NCBI GenBank assembly: GCA_038257035.1
Contig: JBBSJT010000020.1
Span: 1 to 26,792 of the forward strand
From: Chlamydiia bacterium
Lineage (GTDB): Bacteria; Chlamydiota; Chlamydiia; Chlamydiales; Parachlamydiaceae
Length of the DNA stretch: 26,792 nucleotides
Reading direction: 5' to 3'
A program made the translations under genes and the position numbers. The notes beneath the pieces were generated by a model. That model was given only the letters and a program-made list of their open reading frames with translations. It was not told the DNA's origin and made no database searches. Within the stretch, counting starts at the first letter, position 1, and each line of letters begins with the position of its first letter. Shown here one piece after another: positions 26,301 to 26,792 of the stretch.

Positions 26301-26674
26301 ATAAGCAAATAAAAACCAATCTACCAAGTTTAACAAGGCTCTACAAAGACTACCCTAAAGCTATCAGTGATTACGTAGAAATAAAAGATCAATTTATTGG
26401 CAAAACCAGCACTTCGGAATCAACCGAAAACATTAACTTAGATCTTGAAAACGGAACTAATCTTTATTCTCATATATGGTTTGGGGGAATAGCCTTTGAA
26501 TCTGATTTTATGGGTCTCTCAAAAGATACGATCGTATTTAAAGACAATCAAGGAAAACCGGAACTTGTTGTAGTTGTATATTTAAAATATGGCTCATACG
26601 GCTGGGCTGCAGCACCTTTAGCTGCACAAATCGTCAACAAATGGCGCGAAATAAAAAAATCCCACCTCCCCTAA
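23309..26674 (+). CDS. mrdA: Penicillin-binding protein 2 (chlamydial long-form class B PBP)
   Basis: N-terminal TM, 'RGTIRDR', 'GKIGIE', SxxK (GSIFK), SxN (SSN), KT(S) (GKTST); large internal insertion giving 1121 aa. Confidence 0.92.
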   Translation: MPKNRTKSYRTSTGSPNIPEKANRILNILLLSLILILFRIWYLSVIQYDQNLEDSRKPQTKTVMEPARRGTIRDRFNIPLAINKIQYQAGVVYSELLQIPAIAWEKNGSDKPIKRYKRKEYIKKMSDLLAEELNLDPLRIEDLIYGKASFYHQFPYVIKDEISEKCYYRLKMMQKDWPGIHVQCVPKRDYPKNQVAGDIIGFMGAINKPEYEKIMQEIKNLKNFLNDPEKDDHPDLPLGIASIDSAMQRLKELEANAYTINDYVGKIGIEGSFEDSLRGYQGRKSFYSDSRGNFLRELPGKTKPLSGQRILLTISSELQEFAEELLAKNERIRQAHLSSKTKQTLLSLRQPWIKGGAIVAMDPNNGEVIALASYPRFNPNDFITSQDPDINRKKRSHINRWFESDSYLGEIWDQKRTLERERFDDQKSEFFEDERLMDLNTYLDFILPKTNEVHSQLLRMENLESAVFLQKNVEKLLDLTNEANAYYAINALYPDAPHVQHKKTISEEIKLALEKNLEKNSTEINEIKKKVDNTFLEIPNNYDKILLVDLCRVLVPAHLFTDELLTEIRQLSLSSYRNASASMITVVDVVRNMSRELFHELSFVEWRKLNEKSFLKEKRIAEKQAKQYQKSYIDYLDTQEREMFKTFWQENHLMLISLFLTGHQNNHFKEDLNPYIEHFKNWYKELENGAHASLFWKGAYDTLKDSVKSLKNETVPLFLTTLRSFHDLNRPLLGSYRYLRRNQNGEQIEKHLAAAFYPKNGFGYGRSQSFRQAATQGSIFKLVTAYETLVQKYQKLDKENPTFKELNPLEIVDATHRHGNDISLGFFQDGTPIPRSYKGGRLLKSSRAGVGRIDLVRAIETSSNPYFSLLAGDLLNSPDDLLKAAKLFSFGSKTGIDLIAELSGKLPTDLNNNRTGLYATAIGQHTLVVTPLQTAVFISAIANGGKIFKPNIVKMKVANDLMNNHNRIEEISPKIQRFCFMPDVVRGLLLEGMRLVVDKQIKTNLPSLTRLYKDYPKAISDYVEIKDQFIGKTSTSESTENINLDLENGTNLYSHIWFGGIAFESDFMGLSKDTIVFKDNQGKPELVVVVYLKYGSYGWAAAPLAAQIVNKWREIKKSHLP

Positions 26675-26729
26675 TCGCTTACACACTGATGCAAAACCAA
26701 TGTTGGTCCCATTTGAATTATATCAATCA

Positions 26730-26792
26730 GATTTTTTACAGGATATGCAGGATCGCTGACGCGGCAGGATCGCTTCGCGGCAGGATATTATC
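26730..26792. repeat. Left arm of CAGGAT-type palindromic element (cut by window end)
   Basis: GATTTTTTACAGGATATGCAGGATCGCTGACGCGGCAGGATCGCTTCGCGGCAGGAT; inverted match to 1-69. Confidence 0.85.

Noticed and set aside
1..26792. Whole window as a giant transposon or linear replicon with terminal inverted repeats
   Set aside because: It carries core genes (rpsB, tsf, pbp2, mreC, tRNAs) and no transposase or replicase; the ends are better explained as halves of dispersed palindromic elements at assembly breaks

Overview
AT-rich chromosomal segment that looks like an environmental member of Chlamydiota. The evidence is a 1121-aa chlamydial-type PBP2 beside tRNA-Gly/rpsB/tsf, cysteine-rich beta-barrel OMPs and a RING-ankyrin effector-like gene. 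The left part holds an arginase-HAAAP permease-EamA operon, ackA, a host-attachment/DUF1328/deaminase/ABM cluster, a beta-carbonic anhydrase, a small membrane protein with a RanBP2-type zinc finger, and a GT92 + phosphodiester-glycosidase pair. The middle is a tRNA-Ala-aspC-mreC-GT2-NeuB-(DUF218/GNAT fusion) run. An accessory block follows (RING-ankyrin, two tandem OMP paralogues, GNAT, Bro-N, frameshifted GrpB), then tsf-rpsB-tRNA-Gly-pbp2. The most unusual signal is non-coding: at least six intergenic palindromic elements of four different repeat types (CAGGAT, CGCAGAGA, CGCGAAG, AAGGAC). They share a GATTTT...AAAATC terminal signature, and three of the types share small GC-hairpin modules. 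The window begins and ends inside such elements. No transposase, integrase or CRISPR array is present. All protein calls come from motif recognition, not database searches.
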